NCBI GenBank assembly: GCA_951406725.2
Contig: OX597828.1
Span: 45,198,001 to 45,262,000 of the forward strand
Direction: 5' to 3'
Source of the DNA: Octopus vulgaris
Lineage: Eukaryota
Length of the DNA stretch: 64,000 nucleotides
Part shown: positions 26,690-42,143 of the stretch, piece after piece
Position numbering within the stretch: the stretch's first letter is position 1
Layout of the letters: every line of letters starts with the position of its first letter
Program-made: the position numbers and the translations under genes
The notes under the pieces: generated by a model
The model's input: the letters and a program-made list of their open reading frames with translations, nothing else
The model's database searches: none
What the model was told of the DNA's origin: nothing

Positions 26690-27503
26690 GCACACACACA
26701 CACACACGACTATATCTGGTCAACGTATAGATGCATAAGCACATGCACACACACACATACACATGGATATATGGTCTACGTATAGTTACATAAGCACGTG
26801 CACACACACACACACGCACACATACACACACATGAATATATCTGGTCTGTGTATAGATACACAAACACACAAACATGTACCTGCACACACACACACACAT
26901 GCACAACTACACACACCCACAGGTGTGCACACTCACACAGAGGCCAAGCGCACGTGCTCACACATACACACACACACACGAATATATCTGGTCTACGTAT
27001 AGTTACATAAGCACACGCATACACACACACACACACACACACACATGAATATATCTGGCCTGTGTATAGATACACAAACACACAAACATGTACCTGCACA
27101 CACACATGCACAACCATACACACCGACAGGTGTGCACACTCACACAGAGGCCAAGCACGTGTGCACACACACACACATGCACACACATATGGAGTAAAAC
27201 ACACACACACACACATTAATGCATTTCTATGACTAGGCAGACACACAGAAGCCCCACAAAGACAGCTTCCAATGAAAACACACATATAAGAAATTAATTA
27301 AGATACACCTCGAAGCACATCATGTCATTCCAACAGCCACGCACACACATACACACACACTCATACACACACACAAACACACGCACACACACACAATCGT
27401 GCATGACACACAAATAAATACACATAGGTCCCTATATACAAAGATACATGCAGACACACACCAGATCATTCAATTAAACGTACATTGTCATACACACACG
27501 TGA

Positions 27504-27544
<41 letters not shown>

Positions 27545-27959
27545 TGTGTCTGCACATATATACATGCAAACACGTGCAGGTACAAACACACACATAAACA
27601 TGTGCCTGCACACACACACACACACACACATACACACACATACACAGACACACAAAAACATGTGCCTGCACACATACACACAGACACACAGAAACATATG
27701 CCTGTATACACACACACACACATAAATATGTGCCTGCACACATGCACACACACACACACACACACACACAAACATGTGCCTGTACATACACATACACACC
27801 ACAAACACGTGCCTGTAAACACACACATGCATAAACATCTGCCTATGCACACACACACACACACATAAACATGTGCCAGCACACGTACACACACACACAC
27901 AGACACGAGCCTGTACACACTCGCATACACACACACACAGACATGAGCCTGTACGCACC

Positions 27960-27990
<31 letters not shown>

Positions 27991-28260
27991 GTGCCTGCAC
28001 ACATGCACACACACACACACACACACACACATCAGATACACCAGATGTATGCATGTAAACTCACACCAAATCATTCAAATGAACACACAGACACAGTCAC
28101 ATGTACCTTTACACACACACACACACACACACACTCACACAAGCATACACATACACAAGTATGTGCACACATACATACACACATGCTCATTTCAGTAAAC
28201 ACATGACAGAAAGCACACACGGACACAAACACACAAACACACACACGTCAACATATTCAA
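26690..28260 (+). repeat. Compound (CA)n minisatellite with recurring AAACATGTGCCTGCA motifs and a ~215-bp tandem duplication
   Basis: 26765-26960 matches 26982-27165. The short motif recurs throughout 27540-28000. Confidence 0.9.
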
Positions 28261-28297
28261 GCCACCGCATGAAACATGCATACCACATACTCTAAAC

Positions 28298-29066
28298 ACA
28301 TCACCACCACAACCGCTGCCGCCACCACCACAACTTCTACGATCACCACCACTGCAACTGCCACCATCGCCATCACCACCACCACCACTACCACAGCAAC
28401 AACTGCCATCACCACCACCACTGGTGCCACCACCGTCACCACACCACCGGCACCAACACCAAAATTACCTCCATCACCACCGCCTCCACCACCACCACCA
28501 CCACCACAATCAACCACAACCACCACCACCACCACCACCACCATCACAACCACAACCACCACCACCACTACCACAGCAACAACTGCCATCACCACCGTCA
28601 CCACAACCACCGCCACCATCACCACCACAATCACAACCACAACCACCACCACCACCACCACCATCACAACCACAACCACCACCACCACCACCACCACTAC
28701 CACAGCAACAACTGCCATCACCACCGTCACCACAACCACCGCCACCATCACCACCACAATCACAACTGCAACCACAACCACCACCACGACCACCACAACC
28801 ACAACCACCATCACCACCACCACCACCACTACCACAGCAACAACTGCCATCACCACCGTCACCACAACCACCGCCACCATTACCACCACAATCACAACCA
28901 CAACCACAACAACAACCATCACCACCACAACCATCACCACCACAACCACCACCACCACCAGTACCACCACCATAATCACAACCACAACCACAATCACAAC
29001 CACCACCACCACCACAACCGCCACCACCACAACCACCACCACCACAACCACCACCACCACCACCAT
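28298..29066. repeat. (ACC)n-derived array with higher-order repeats
   Basis: ACCACAGCAACAACTGCCATCACCACC recurs at about 28390, 28570, 28699 and 28831. Confidence 0.9.
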
Positions 29067-29479
29067 CGTTATAGCGTAACAGGTTGTTTTGATTTTTTAC
29101 TTAACAATCAATAAAGGAAGATGGAATACTAACGACTCTAACCTCACATTCTACAAACAGCCATCATCCAGAGAGAATCTTGTAATTGGAATGCAAACAC
29201 AGAAGACCCAACTATTTAGTATTCATTCATTCTTTCTTTTGTTTGGCATCCATTTATTTCTGTTTTTGTCCTTGTGCAAAGCTAGGCACGAGCATGGATG
29301 GCTACATGGTTAAATAGCTCACTTTGCAACTGTATGCTCTGAGGTTCAGTCCCACCTTGTGGAACTTTGAGCAGGAGTCTTAGATATAAGGAACAATAAT
29401 GATGATGATGATGATAATGATTATGACGATACTGAATATGATGACGGCGATGGTGGTGATGGTGGTGGTGGTTGTGGTT

Positions 29480-29822
29480 GTGTTTAGTGCCAGCTGATTG
29501 GTCCCTTGCCGGCGGCACATAAAAAGCACCATTCGAGAGTGGTCGTTGCTAGTGTGCCTCCTGACTGGCTCCCGCATCGGTGGCCAGTAAAAAGCACTAT
29601 TCATGCATGGCCGATGCCAGTACTGCTCACCTGGTCCTTGTGCCGGTGGCACATAAAAAGCATCCACTACACTATCAGAGTGGTTGGCATTAGGAAGGGC
29701 ATTCTGCTGTAAGAACCTTTGCCAAATTGGATTGGAGCCTGATGCAGCCACTGACTTTACAGACTTCAGTCAAACCGTCCAACCCATGCCAGCATGGAAA
29801 GCGGACGTTAAACGACAACAGC

Positions 29823-29864
<42 letters not shown>

Positions 29865-29865
29865 A
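29480..29865 (+). mobile_element. Family D retroposon
   Basis: Tandem units, conserved terminus and (GAT)n tail. Confidence 0.85.
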
Positions 29866-29977
29866 ACCCACAGCAATCCTATGCTCATTCATGACTGAAA
29901 AGGCCCGATGTTCAGAGGTCATGGTTCACCACCTCATCCCATATCTTCCTGGGTCTACCTCTTCCACAGTTTCCTTC

Positions 29978-31105
29978 CGCCAGTAATTTTGGGGAGCTGA
30001 TGAGTTGATTGCATCAGCCCCAGTATTTGACTGGTGCTTATTTTATTGACCCTGCAAAAATGAAAGGCTAAGTTTACCTTGGCAGAATTTGAACTCGGAA
30101 CGTAATGACAAATGAAATGTCATTGAGTATTTTTCCCAATGTGCCAATGATTCTGTCAGCTTGCTACCTTCACTCAGAACATTAATATTGCTTTCAAATT
30201 TTGACACAAGGCCGGCACTTTTAGAGAAAGGTCTTAAGTTGCTTACAAAATCCCCAGTAACCAACTGGTATTTATTTTATCAACTCAGTAAAAATGAAAG
30301 TCACAGTCGACCTCAGTGGAGTTTGAGAATGCTTAGCCAAACCAAATGCCATTAAACATTTTGCCCCATGTGTTGATGACTCTGCTAGCTCACTGCCTTA
30401 TAAAGATCTTTCCCAAATCATATAGACTCAAAGGGTCAGTTTCCTGGTTTCTGTAGTGTATATATTCACCCCCTGGATGGGATGCCAGTCCATCGCAGGA
30501 TTACTTGATTGCTCGTTTTAACCAGCTGAGTGGACTGGAGCAACATGAAATGGAATGCTTTGCTCATGAACACGATGCATCACCCAGCCAAGGAATCGAA
30601 ACCACAATCTTACAATCATGAGCCCCACACCTCTAGACACTAAGCCACAAATCTCCACACACAAGACATTACTATCAGTTTCAAATTTTAGCACAAGGCC
30701 AGTAATTTTAGGGGAGAGGAAACTTAATTACATCGATCCCAGTATTCAGGTATTACTTTTTATTGTCAACCCCAAAAAGAGGATAGATAAAGTCAGCCTT
30801 GGTGGAATTTGAACTCAGAACGTAAAGATGAATGTAAAGACGTTAAGCGTTTTGCCCAGCATGTAATGACTGTGCCAGCTCACCACCTTGTCTCAGAGCA
30901 TTAATACTGATTTCAAATTTTGGCACAAGGCCAGCAATTTCGGGGGAGGGGTTAAGTCGATTACATCGACCCCAGTTTTCAACTGGTACTTATTTCATTG
31001 ACCTCTGGAGGATAAAAGGCTAAGTCGACCCCGGCAGAATTTGAACTCATGAATGTAAAGACAGACGAAATACAGCTACGCACTTCGCCCAGCTCACTGC
31101 CATTC
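29978..31105 (-). mobile_element. Cluster of about four diverged family B copies with one family C copy (30405-30660) between them
   Basis: Repeated TTTCAAATTTTGGCACAAGGCC...GAATTTGAACTC...GCCAGCTC units, all in the same orientation. Confidence 0.8.
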
Positions 31106-31683
31106 AGGGTATTAATATTAAAGGTAAGGAAAAGGAAAACGACAAAAAGCAAAGAAGCTTTATTTAAGCGGTTCATTTATTAATCTTACGAGATACACTT
31201 CACTACTACAAAACACACTTCACTCTCCCACATTTCACAGGAATAGCAGGAGATGGAAGAAGTAGTAGTGGTGGTGGTGGTGGTGGTGTGTGTGGTGGGG
31301 GAGGCAGCCTGAGGAGGAAAAGGAGGAGAAAACATGTTGATTTTCTGTGAGAAGAATTCCTTAAAGAGATATTTATGATGTGTTTTATTGAACATTAAAT
31401 CTAAGATGGTTGAGTTTAATTAAAGAAAATTGATATGGAGAGGATATTGAGGTGTACTCCATTGTAATATTGCTTTGAAATGTCAGGTGGGGTGGGGTGG
31501 GGGTGGGGGTAGGGGTAGTACTCTATTGTAATCTAATAACATAACAGATGATAGCAAGTGGATATGTATTGTATGATGCTACAGGGTGGATGTGTCCTTT
31601 GCTCTGCTATAATAACATCACTGTCAACAATAGGTTGGGTGGGGGGGACACACAATGTCCTTAATGACCTAATCTATTTACAG

Positions 31684-31881
31684 ATGCAGGAGTGGCTGTG
31701 TGGTAAGTAGCTTGCTTACCAACCACATGATTTCAAGTTCAGTCCCATTGCATGGGACCTTGGGCAAGTGTCTTCTACTATAGCCTTTGGGCCAACCAAA
31801 GCCTTGTGATTGGATTTGGCAGATGGAAACTGAAAGAAGCCCATCATATATATATGTATATCTATCTATCTATCTACCTAT

Positions 31882-31978
<97 letters not shown>

Positions 31979-32118
31979 TCTTCACCACCCCCTGCTGGAA
32001 CCTCGTGGAGCTTTAGGTGTTTTCGCTCAATAAACACTCACTACACCCAGTCTGGGAATCGAAACCGTGATCCTACAACCGCGAGTCTGCTGCCCTAAAC
32101 ACTAAGCCCATTGTGCCT

Positions 32119-32164
<46 letters not shown>

Positions 32165-32742
32165 TTAAATTTAAAATAATAAGGGTGAAAAATTGAATAT
32201 TAATTTGATTAATATGAATTTAAAACCAATGGTCTAGCATATAGGAAAATCTGAGGATTCAGAAAAATTATATTACATAAATATAAGGTGGATGACCACT
32301 AGGTGGACATCCATTATGCTAGAAATCGACTGCCTACGGTCTTATCACTCAGAAAGTAATGTTCTCAAGAAAATTTAGCAAACGCCAGAACATAAGTGAG
32401 CAAGACAAAAATGAATAGATACAAAATACAAGATATGTACTTAGTGGTCATTCCTCTTATATGTGTGTGTATGTGTGTGTGTGTGTGTGTGTGTATGCAT
32501 ATGTATGTGTGTGTATGTTTGTGTGTCTGCGTTTGTCCCTCACCCAACATTGCTTGACAACTGATACTGGTGCGTTTACATCCCTGTATCGTAGCAGTTC
32601 GGCAAAAGAGACTGATAGAATAAGTACTAGGCTTACAAAGAATAAATCCTGGGGTTGATTTGCTTGATTAAAGGCAGTGCTCCAGCATGGCCACAGTAAA
32701 ATGACTGAAACAAGTAAAGGAATAAAAGAATAAAAGAATAAA
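31684..32742 (+). mobile_element. SINE family A apparently split by nested insertions in its internal microsatellite
   Basis: 5' half at 31684-31850 and 3' half at 32500-32742. A family C head (31980-32121) and an AT-rich element (32160-32458) lie between them. Confidence 0.75.
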
Positions 32743-33455
32743 GACGATTCACGTTCACATGAACACTCTTCGATGTTGTTATACATCGCTGGTCACAATG
32801 CGCTTTGCATTGTTTTAGTTTTTGAATGATGCCACCCTGGTGACTGGGCAAGGAGGCCAACCTTCACCCTGTTTGGAAGGCTGGTCCACTGCTGGATTAC
32901 TCATTTACAACTGAATGGACTGGAGTGACGTGAAAGGAACTGTTTTGCTCAGGAACACAGCACACTGCTTGGTATGGGAACTGAACTCAAGAACTAGTGA
33001 CCGCCAGTACAACAACCTAGCCACTAGGCCATGGACGATCATTAACAGACAATTAATTAATGGTATTAAAGAGAATGGTTTCCTTGGTGATGGTGCCAGT
33101 AGTGACAGCATATATAAACACACATATATAGGTAAGACACCTGTTTCTGTCACTCTGTCATACCATAGCCTCTCAACACTTAAAACAAAGCTTCCTCTGG
33201 CAATACTGTACCACCCTTCTCAGACAAAGGATTTTATTTTGTGAGTTCACAAATGCTGGTGCCATGAAAAAGAACTCAATACACTCAATAAGTTGCTTGG
33301 TTTTAGGAAGAGCATCTGCAGACATAGAAACTTTGTGAAAGCAGATACTAGATCCAAAGCAGCTCTCTGGCTAAGTGGTCATATCCTGTTGAACCATCCA
33401 ATGCATGCCAGCATGCAATATGGACATTAAATGATGATAAGTATCCACACATATA

Positions 33456-33683
33456 TATGAGGGTGGGGGATGAAAATGTTCCTGGTTTTGGGGTAAAAGA
33501 AAATACAGGAGGATCAGTTAATTATGATTTTATCCAACGTATTCCCCTTTCAGATTCATGCACTTATTGCAGCAGTCCATCAGTTTTTTTCTCTCAGTCT
33601 TGTAAAACAACTTAGAAAGTTGGGCTTCTAACAAGACCTTTCATGATACCCTTAAAGCCAGAAAATTTTCAGCACCCCTTGTA
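33456..33683. mobile_element. Tc1/mariner-type MITE
   Basis: TA-bounded imperfect TIRs (GAGGG..TGAAAA.TTCCTGG / CCAG.AA.TTTTCAGCACCCC). A second copy lies at 43245-43460. Confidence 0.75.
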
Positions 33684-33719
<36 letters not shown>

Positions 33720-33820
33720 TGTGTGAAATTTGATTTAGTATTTCTAAATTGAATTTTTTTCCTTGTAAATTTGGGTTTTATTTCCTCAAATAATGATTAT
33801 ATATAATATGTAATAATTAT

Positions 33821-33900
33821 TTGGTAGCCATAATAAAACCCCAAGTTTCCGAGTTTCAGATGTCAGATAAAACTCGGAGTTTTATCATGGCTACCGATAT
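33821..33900. repeat. Short inverted repeat within a TA-flanked AT-rich element (33715-34010)
   Basis: GGTAGCCATAATAAAAC / GTTTTATCATGGCTACC. The element's left part resembles 51100-51170. Confidence 0.75.
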
Positions 33901-34209
33901 TATATTTGCAGATATTATATTTACACATATTATATTTACAGATAAATTCCTCTATTTACATAATATCGAGGTCTCTTTCATTCTTTTGTTGCCTTACCAT
34001 TTTTATCAATATATACACACACATATATATATATACATACACACACACACATATATATATGCATAAGTATAAATATATATGTAAGCATTATGAAAATATG
34101 TGAGTATATATATGGGTATATATATATATGTTTATAATCATACATTTATATGTACATATATATCTTTATCTATATCTTCCTATCTCTCTCTCTCTTTCTC
34201 TCCATATAT

Positions 34210-34282
<73 letters not shown>

Positions 34283-34882
34283 TGTATGTATGTATGTTTA
34301 TATTCACACATATGTACATACATCTATATATGTATGTAACTGAAGACTTTTGTTTTACATCTCTTATCATTAATTCTTTTGATTCATTTACTTATTTTTC
34401 TCCTTTTTGTCTTTAGGAACACTCCCAAACTTTCTGTAAATCAAATACATAATTTTCCCTTATTTTTCCAGGCCAGAATATAGAAACTTTGGTTCTTTTT
34501 ACCTGCTTTATTTTGTACTAAATTTGGCATCGTTCGGTTCAGTATTAGTCTACAACACATTATGCTTTTCATGCTACCAAATGACTAGAATATATTTTTG
34601 GCAGCTTTCACTTTTTCTGCCAATTTCTATGCCGGAGTCTTTCTTTTCAATAATATCTGATATTGGCAAGTTCTTAGCAAAATCATTATCAAAATTTTGG
34701 CAACATTTTTAAAACTGTTTGTGTTGTTGTTGTTACTCTTGCTATTGTCGTTGATTTGATAATATTGTAACTGTTGTTATCGTTACCGAAATTAAACAAT
34801 GCATACACTTCATAACAATGATATCAATTTTGTTAAAGGAGCATTATTATTATTATTATTATTATCATCATTATTATTATTA

Positions 34883-34965
<83 letters not shown>

Positions 34966-36037
34966 GCTATTATTATAATTATTGCTTTTCTCTCTTTTTT
35001 TGTATTTGCTTAATTGTTTGTTGCTTTTGTTGTGATTTCTTTTAATGAGGAACCTTTTCGAATGACTGAGTTTATTGAATAACCAATAAAACTTGACCCT
35101 GAATATTATCTGAAATAATTTAAGAGTGATACTGGTGGTGGTGGTGGGGGTGGTGGAGGAGGATGTGGAGGTGGTGGAGGTGGTGGTGTGGGTGGTGGTG
35201 ATGGCGTGGGTATTTTGCTGGGGCGGAGCTCTTGCGCTGTGATTAATCATTTAAACTGAAATTACCACCGACACACAACAGTGAACTCTGCAGTCTTGGA
35301 GTGAGTTGTGTTCTCAACTACATCAAAACTGAGAGACAGGTTCAATCCCTGGTCAAAGCTAATTTGTCCCAGTTCTATGTATGGTCTCTTAACCCTTTTA
35401 ATACCAACCTACCTGAGATCATTGCTGGTGCTATGACACAATTTTCCCTGATTTAAAGCCATCTGAATCAAAACCTCACTTCAAAACTCCATGTTAATTC
35501 ATTCCACGCAAACACGAAATTAAAAATGTCTTCAAATTTTAGCATGGGGAGGCCAGTAATTTTTGAGGGGAGGGGATGCGGTCAATTACATTGACCCCAG
35601 TACTTGACTGGTACTTATTTTATTGACCTCCAAATGAATGAAAGGCAAAGCTGGTCTTAGCCAAATTTGAACTCAGAACATAAAGACGGACAGTATACTG
35701 CAAAGCATTTTCAGCATCCCCATGTATATGCATATATGTGTGTGTGTATGTATAGTTATGTACATATATATATATCTTTATCTATGTCTATCTACCTACC
35801 AGTCTATATCTATCTATCATTTATCTACCTCTCTCTTTATATATATATATGTATATATGTGTGTGTGTGTGTGTGTGTGTGCGTGTCTGTGTGTGTGTCT
35901 GTGTGTGTGCATGAATACATCTGTAAATATATATATATATCTTTATCTATACCTATCTATCATTTATCTCTTTCTCTCTTTCTTTACACACACACACACA
36001 TATATATATACATACACACATATACATACGTACATTA

Positions 36038-36475
36038 GGCACCCACTACACTCACGGAGTGGTTGGCGTTAGGAAGGGCATCCAGCTGTAGAAACCCTGC
36101 CAGATCAGACTGGAGCCTGTTGCAGCCTCCATGGCTTCCCAGACCTCGGTCGAACCGTCCAACCCATGCTAGCATGGAAAACGGGCATTAAACGATGACG
36201 ATGATGATGATGATGATGACGATGATGTGATATATATATATATATATTTCTTTACTACCCACAAGGGGCTAAACACAGACGGGACAAACAAGGACAGACG
36301 AACGGATTAAGTCGATTATATCGACCCCAGTGTGTAACTGGTACTTAATTTATCGACCCCGAAAGGATGAAAGGCAAAGTCGACCTCGGCGGAATTTGAA
36401 CTCGGAACGTGACGACAGACGAAATACAGCTACGCATTTCGCCCGGTGTGCTAACGTTTCTGCCAGCTCGCCACC
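36038..36475. mobile_element. Family D 3' end (+, 36038-36226) tail-to-tail with SINE B (-, 36245-36475)
   Basis: Both match the family consensus seen elsewhere in the window. Confidence 0.9.
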
Positions 36476-36869
36476 TTATATATATATATATAAACATCTG
36501 ATTACCTGTCTTTGTGCATGTGTGTATGTGTAGTGTGTGCACATGTATGTGCAACTCTGTGTGCATGGCTGTGCGTATGTGTGCATGCATGTATTTAACA
36601 ATGAAGCAGCATGGCATTATGACATGGAGTATAAATAGATGACATGACAGCCTTTTATTTTTATCACTTCAATATTTACGAATTGACATCAACAAATAAG
36701 TATATATATATGTAGACCAATATAGACTATAACAGAAGCCAATAACAATGGAAAACTTAGAATATATTTATATGTATATGTGCATATGTGTGTGTATGTG
36801 TGCAATCATGCACACACACACATTCACAGACAGATATAACAATGTATGTGGATGCGTGGGTGTATATTC

Positions 36870-36900
<31 letters not shown>

Positions 36901-36980
36901 TACACATGTGTGTAGGCACACACATTCAAAGACAGATATAAGAATGTATGTGGATGGTGGGTGTATATTCACACACACAT

Positions 36981-37072
<92 letters not shown>

Positions 37073-37694
37073 GATCTATATATATAATATATATATATTA
37101 AATATATATGTATGTATGTATATAATATGCATACACATGTGTATGCATAAATACATGTATATATATATGTACGTATATATTTGTATGTGTATATATATAT
37201 ACATATGCATACGTACACATAAACACGCATATATATATACATACCCATATATATGAATACACATATATATATACACACACACATATATATACACACACAC
37301 ATATATATATATATGCACACACACACACACACATATATGGATTTATGCTTATATCTGTGTATCAGTTCCTATATATATATAACTGCAAATGACATCATTG
37401 TATTATTATTATTATTATTATAAATATTTTGTCTGTGTGTCCTTCATCAAGATATATTACTCTGGTCACTCAAATATATTTGACAGTAAAAAAATGCAAA
37501 AATGAAGCAAAAAAATCACTGAAGTCTAATAAACTGCTTCCACTTATATTTCACGGATGACTGATTAATAGTTTGAAAGCCAGCCATCTACAAAAAAAAA
37601 AGAACAATTATTTTGAACAAAAACTTCCAAGTCTTCATAATAGTATGACATGAAAATCATTAGATTGATATACCAAGCTCAGAAGTCTATATAA

Positions 37695-37752
<58 letters not shown>

Positions 37753-37904
37753 ATATATATATATATATGTATGTATATATATATATACAAATGTATGTAT
37801 ATATATATATGTACATATATATATATATATGTATGTATGTATGTTTGTACATATGTATATATATACATATATATGTATATATGCACATATATATATACGT
37901 TTTT

Positions 37905-37962
<58 letters not shown>

Positions 37963-38454
37963 GTATATATGTTCATACACACATGCACATATATACATGT
38001 ATGTATGTATATGTATGAATCTATATATCTATATATGTATATATATATATATGCATATATATATATATATATATGTATATGTGTATATATGTGCATGTGC
38101 ATATAGGTGTGTAGTTATGTGTTTATGTATGTCCCTCTGTGTGTTATGGATTTTTCTATAATAGATTAATGGCTAAGAAATGTTATACAGTAATTGCTAA
38201 GCAGGTTGTTGTGTTCTGTATTGTTTATATATGAATTATATTAAATAATGTTTAAACACTATAGACTTGTGAACCATATTTGATTATCAGCAAAAGAAGT
38301 AAAAAAGGAGAAAGATAAAAAGAGAAGGTAAATCGTTGATGTAACTATTGATATAAATTGTTACATGTACATAAGTTAAAAAAACCCACTGGTCATCCAG
38401 GACTTCGTATTGGATCAATACAAAATATATTGCAAGGATAAACATACACAGACA

Positions 38455-38468
38455 TAATAATAATAATG

Positions 38469-38508
<40 letters not shown>

Positions 38509-38510
38509 TA

Positions 38511-38577
<67 letters not shown>

Positions 38578-38587
38578 TAACAATAAT

Positions 38588-38628
<41 letters not shown>

Positions 38629-38645
38629 TAATAATGATAATGATG

Positions 38646-38718
<73 letters not shown>

Positions 38719-38735
38719 TAATAATGATAATGATG

Positions 38736-38805
<70 letters not shown>

Positions 38806-38828
38806 TAATAATAATAATAATAATAATA
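38455..38828. repeat. (TAA)n microsatellite
   Basis: Directly visible. Confidence 0.95.
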
Positions 38829-39097
38829 ACTGGTACATCACAATTGTCTTAACTGGTACATCACATGTATTGAGAAGAGCATTGTCGATGTGAGAACTGT
38901 TGCTGCTCATGTATTTTAATTAAACTTTAAAAAAAAAAAAAAAAAATGAACGAACTATTGAGTTTGGTTTAATGGCCTACGAATGTATACTATGAGTTTC
39001 TTTGCCCTAGGAGTCGGGAAGACACTCGGCAAGAAATGGAAGCAAATTTGAAAGAAGAAAAAAACAAGTAATAATAATAATAATAATGATGATGATG

Positions 39098-39164
<67 letters not shown>

Positions 39165-39423
39165 TAATAATGATAATAATTGCAAGAAGTGCAAAAGATT
39201 GTCTTAACTGGTACATCACACGTATTGAGAAGAGCATTGTCGACGTGTGATCTATTACTACCCATGTATTTTAATTTAACTTAAAAAAATAAATTAGAAA
39301 ATGAACGAACTAGTGAGTTTAGTTTAATGGCCTACCAATGTATACTATGAGTTTCTTTGCCCTAGGAGTCAGGAAGACACTTGGCAAGAAATGGAAGCAA
39401 ATTTGAAAGAAGGAAAAAAAAAG
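38828..39423 (+). mobile_element. Two 5'-truncated 3' ends of an R4/Dong-like LINE inserted in (TAA)n
   Basis: LQEVQKIVLTGTSHVLRRALS at 39180 and IVLTGTSHVLRRALSM* at 38843, with a shared 3' UTR. Each is followed by (TAA)n. A third, more diverged piece lies at 40146-40245. Confidence 0.7.
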
Positions 39424-39448
39424 ATAATAATAATAATAATAATGATAA

Positions 39449-40003
39449 ATGCCCTGATCTAGTACCAGGCAGTGGCTCTCTTGGCTTCTGATCTTAACTG
39501 ATTGGAAGTGTTATCATGTACATTGTTTTGTCTTGGTATAAAAGATGGACTACAGCAAATATTCTGCTCAGTACCACAGACTTGTTTGTCAGTTGTTTGA
39601 CCTTAACCAGTTGAGCATGTCCCTTAGTGGCTGACGATATGTGCATCTCTGATCACAAGCAGAAGTAGTGGAGGAGAATCATAGGCATGTGTTGAGAGGG
39701 ATTCTTTGGGGTTTGAATAATTCACCTCTGGAAAGATGGGTGTTTCGTTCAACATCCTTAAACAACCCTTATTCAGGGACCTTTTGAGTGAGATGGGTTA
39801 CTCGACCTGAAAGAAATTCTAACTGGACCCCACGTGCAAGGTCATGTGCTGTTTATCTTGATATGAGATCACCATGTCGCGCACATATGGTTGTGATGCA
39901 TGTGCCTGGTGTACTTTTATCAGACGGGTAGTCATGATGGGTATTCTGAGCTTTGTATATTTACCCTAGTGTCACTTTGATGGCATGTACTGCTCCCTCA
40001 CTC
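39449..40003. mobile_element. ~555-bp non-coding element bounded by (TAA)n on both sides
   Basis: Sharp composition change at both ends; no long ORF. Confidence 0.55.
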
Positions 40004-40431
40004 AATAATAATAATAATAATGGTTTCAAATTTTGCCACAAGGGCAGTAATTCTGGAGTAGGGGATGAGTCAATTACATCAACCCCAGCTCGCAGCCTAA
40101 TAATGATAAATAATAATAATAATAATGATAATAATGATAATTGTGTAATGGCCTATCAATATATGCAGTGAGTTTCTTTCTATGCCCTAAGTGTTGGGAA
40201 GACACTCAGCAAGAAATGGAAAAAAAATTGAAAGTAGAAGAAAATCTCATAGAAATAACAAGTGGGGAAGGCATGCAAAAGCTACATTGTTATCATCACT
40301 CCGTAAATGGTGGCTTTTGACAGGTGGAGAACTGAACCATCCTGGGGTACAGAGGGTTCACAATCTAGTCTAGGGTCTGAAAGTTTACCACACCATAGTG
40401 GGTTACACCATGGTTCCTCTGCTTTGTGGCA

Positions 40432-40620
40432 GAAGTAGGAAGAAAGAGTGAGAGAAAGTTGTGGTGAAAGAGTACAGCGAGGTCCACCCTCCTCCCCACC
40501 GAAGCCTCATAGAGCTTAGGTGTTTTTGCTCAATAAACACTCACAATGGTCTGGGAATTGAAACCGCATTCTTACGACTGTGAGTCCGCTGCCCTAACCA
40601 CTGGGCCATTGAGCCTCCAC
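40432..40620 (-). mobile_element. SINE family C, 5' half
   Basis: Matches 3665-3857. Confidence 0.8.
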
Positions 40621-41211
40621 GCTGTTGTTGCTGTCATAGTGGCTGTCATTGTTGTTATTGTTCCGTATTGTTGCTGTTATTGCTGTTGCTGTTCCTGCTA
40701 TTTGGCCCTACAGTCGGTGCCAAAATCAAGCAGATTCAAGATGCAAACATACTGCCTCTCTCAAACTACAGTATACAAAAACATGCCTCCTTTCTCAAAG
40801 ATAACAAGCTCGTAATTCAAGGAAGATTTAGCTGCTGCTTCTAACAGGGGGAATGACCTCAAAGAAGCATAATCCACATCTCATTAATTAACATGGTTTT
40901 CTTCATCTCAGGTTAACTTCGTTGCATCCTGTCACATGCCTGACTTGGTTACATTCGGTGACATCCTTCAGTCTCATTAAACTTTCATTAGTAACACTAT
41001 CATTGGTTCCTCTCTTTGTGAACAATGTAAAAGCCTTCATTCTTCTGCAAGAATTGATCTGTCCCTGGCAAATTATATTTTTGTGACCTTTGACCTTCTT
41101 GTCTGAGACATATTTAATTCATACAGTTTTGCAGTATTGATATAAAGTGATAGTCTTTCATGTCATTGTCCTTTGTAAGAAGTAATAGATATACACACGT
41201 ATATATGTGTG

Positions 41212-41243
<32 letters not shown>

Positions 41244-41683
41244 GAGAGAGAGAGATATATAGATAGAAATATATCTATATATACAAATACATACACACAT
41301 CTATATCTATATCTATGTAGATGTAGATGGAGTGGCTGATACTTAGACATGTATATACAAGTTTTATGTGTAAATGTATACATGTATGTATAAACAAACA
41401 CACACATATATATGATAAAACCACAAGTATATCTATATCTATATATACATACATATAAATATGTATATATATGTATACATTAACATACATACTTATACAT
41501 ATGTATACATGCATTTACATATATACATACATATACATATATATATGTATGTATATACATACATACAAATATATATATATATACACACACACATACATGT
41601 ATATCTATATGAGGATATGCATATATTAGGCATGACTATATGCATCTATTCATATACATATACATAAATATATGTATAAAATT

Positions 41684-41716
<33 letters not shown>

Positions 41717-41789
41717 CACATACATATATACATATACATATATATACATATATATACACACCTATATATATATACATATGCATACATAT

Positions 41790-42143
<354 letters not shown>

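Noticed and set aside
28257-29079. Thr-rich mucin-like and Pro/Gln-rich ORFs of 183-269 aa
   Set aside because: An (ACC)n-derived array is stop-free in several frames on both strands, and there is no signal peptide, domain or splice support.
29995-30020. CTGATGA hammerhead core candidate
   Set aside because: It is part of a SINE B hairpin (GCTGATG/CATCAGC) with no stem II-GAAA-stem III arrangement.
34472-34712. Strong-looking splice acceptors followed by an ~80-codon open frame
   Set aside because: The peptide is unrecognisable and T-rich, such acceptors arise easily in AT-rich DNA, and no other exons were found.
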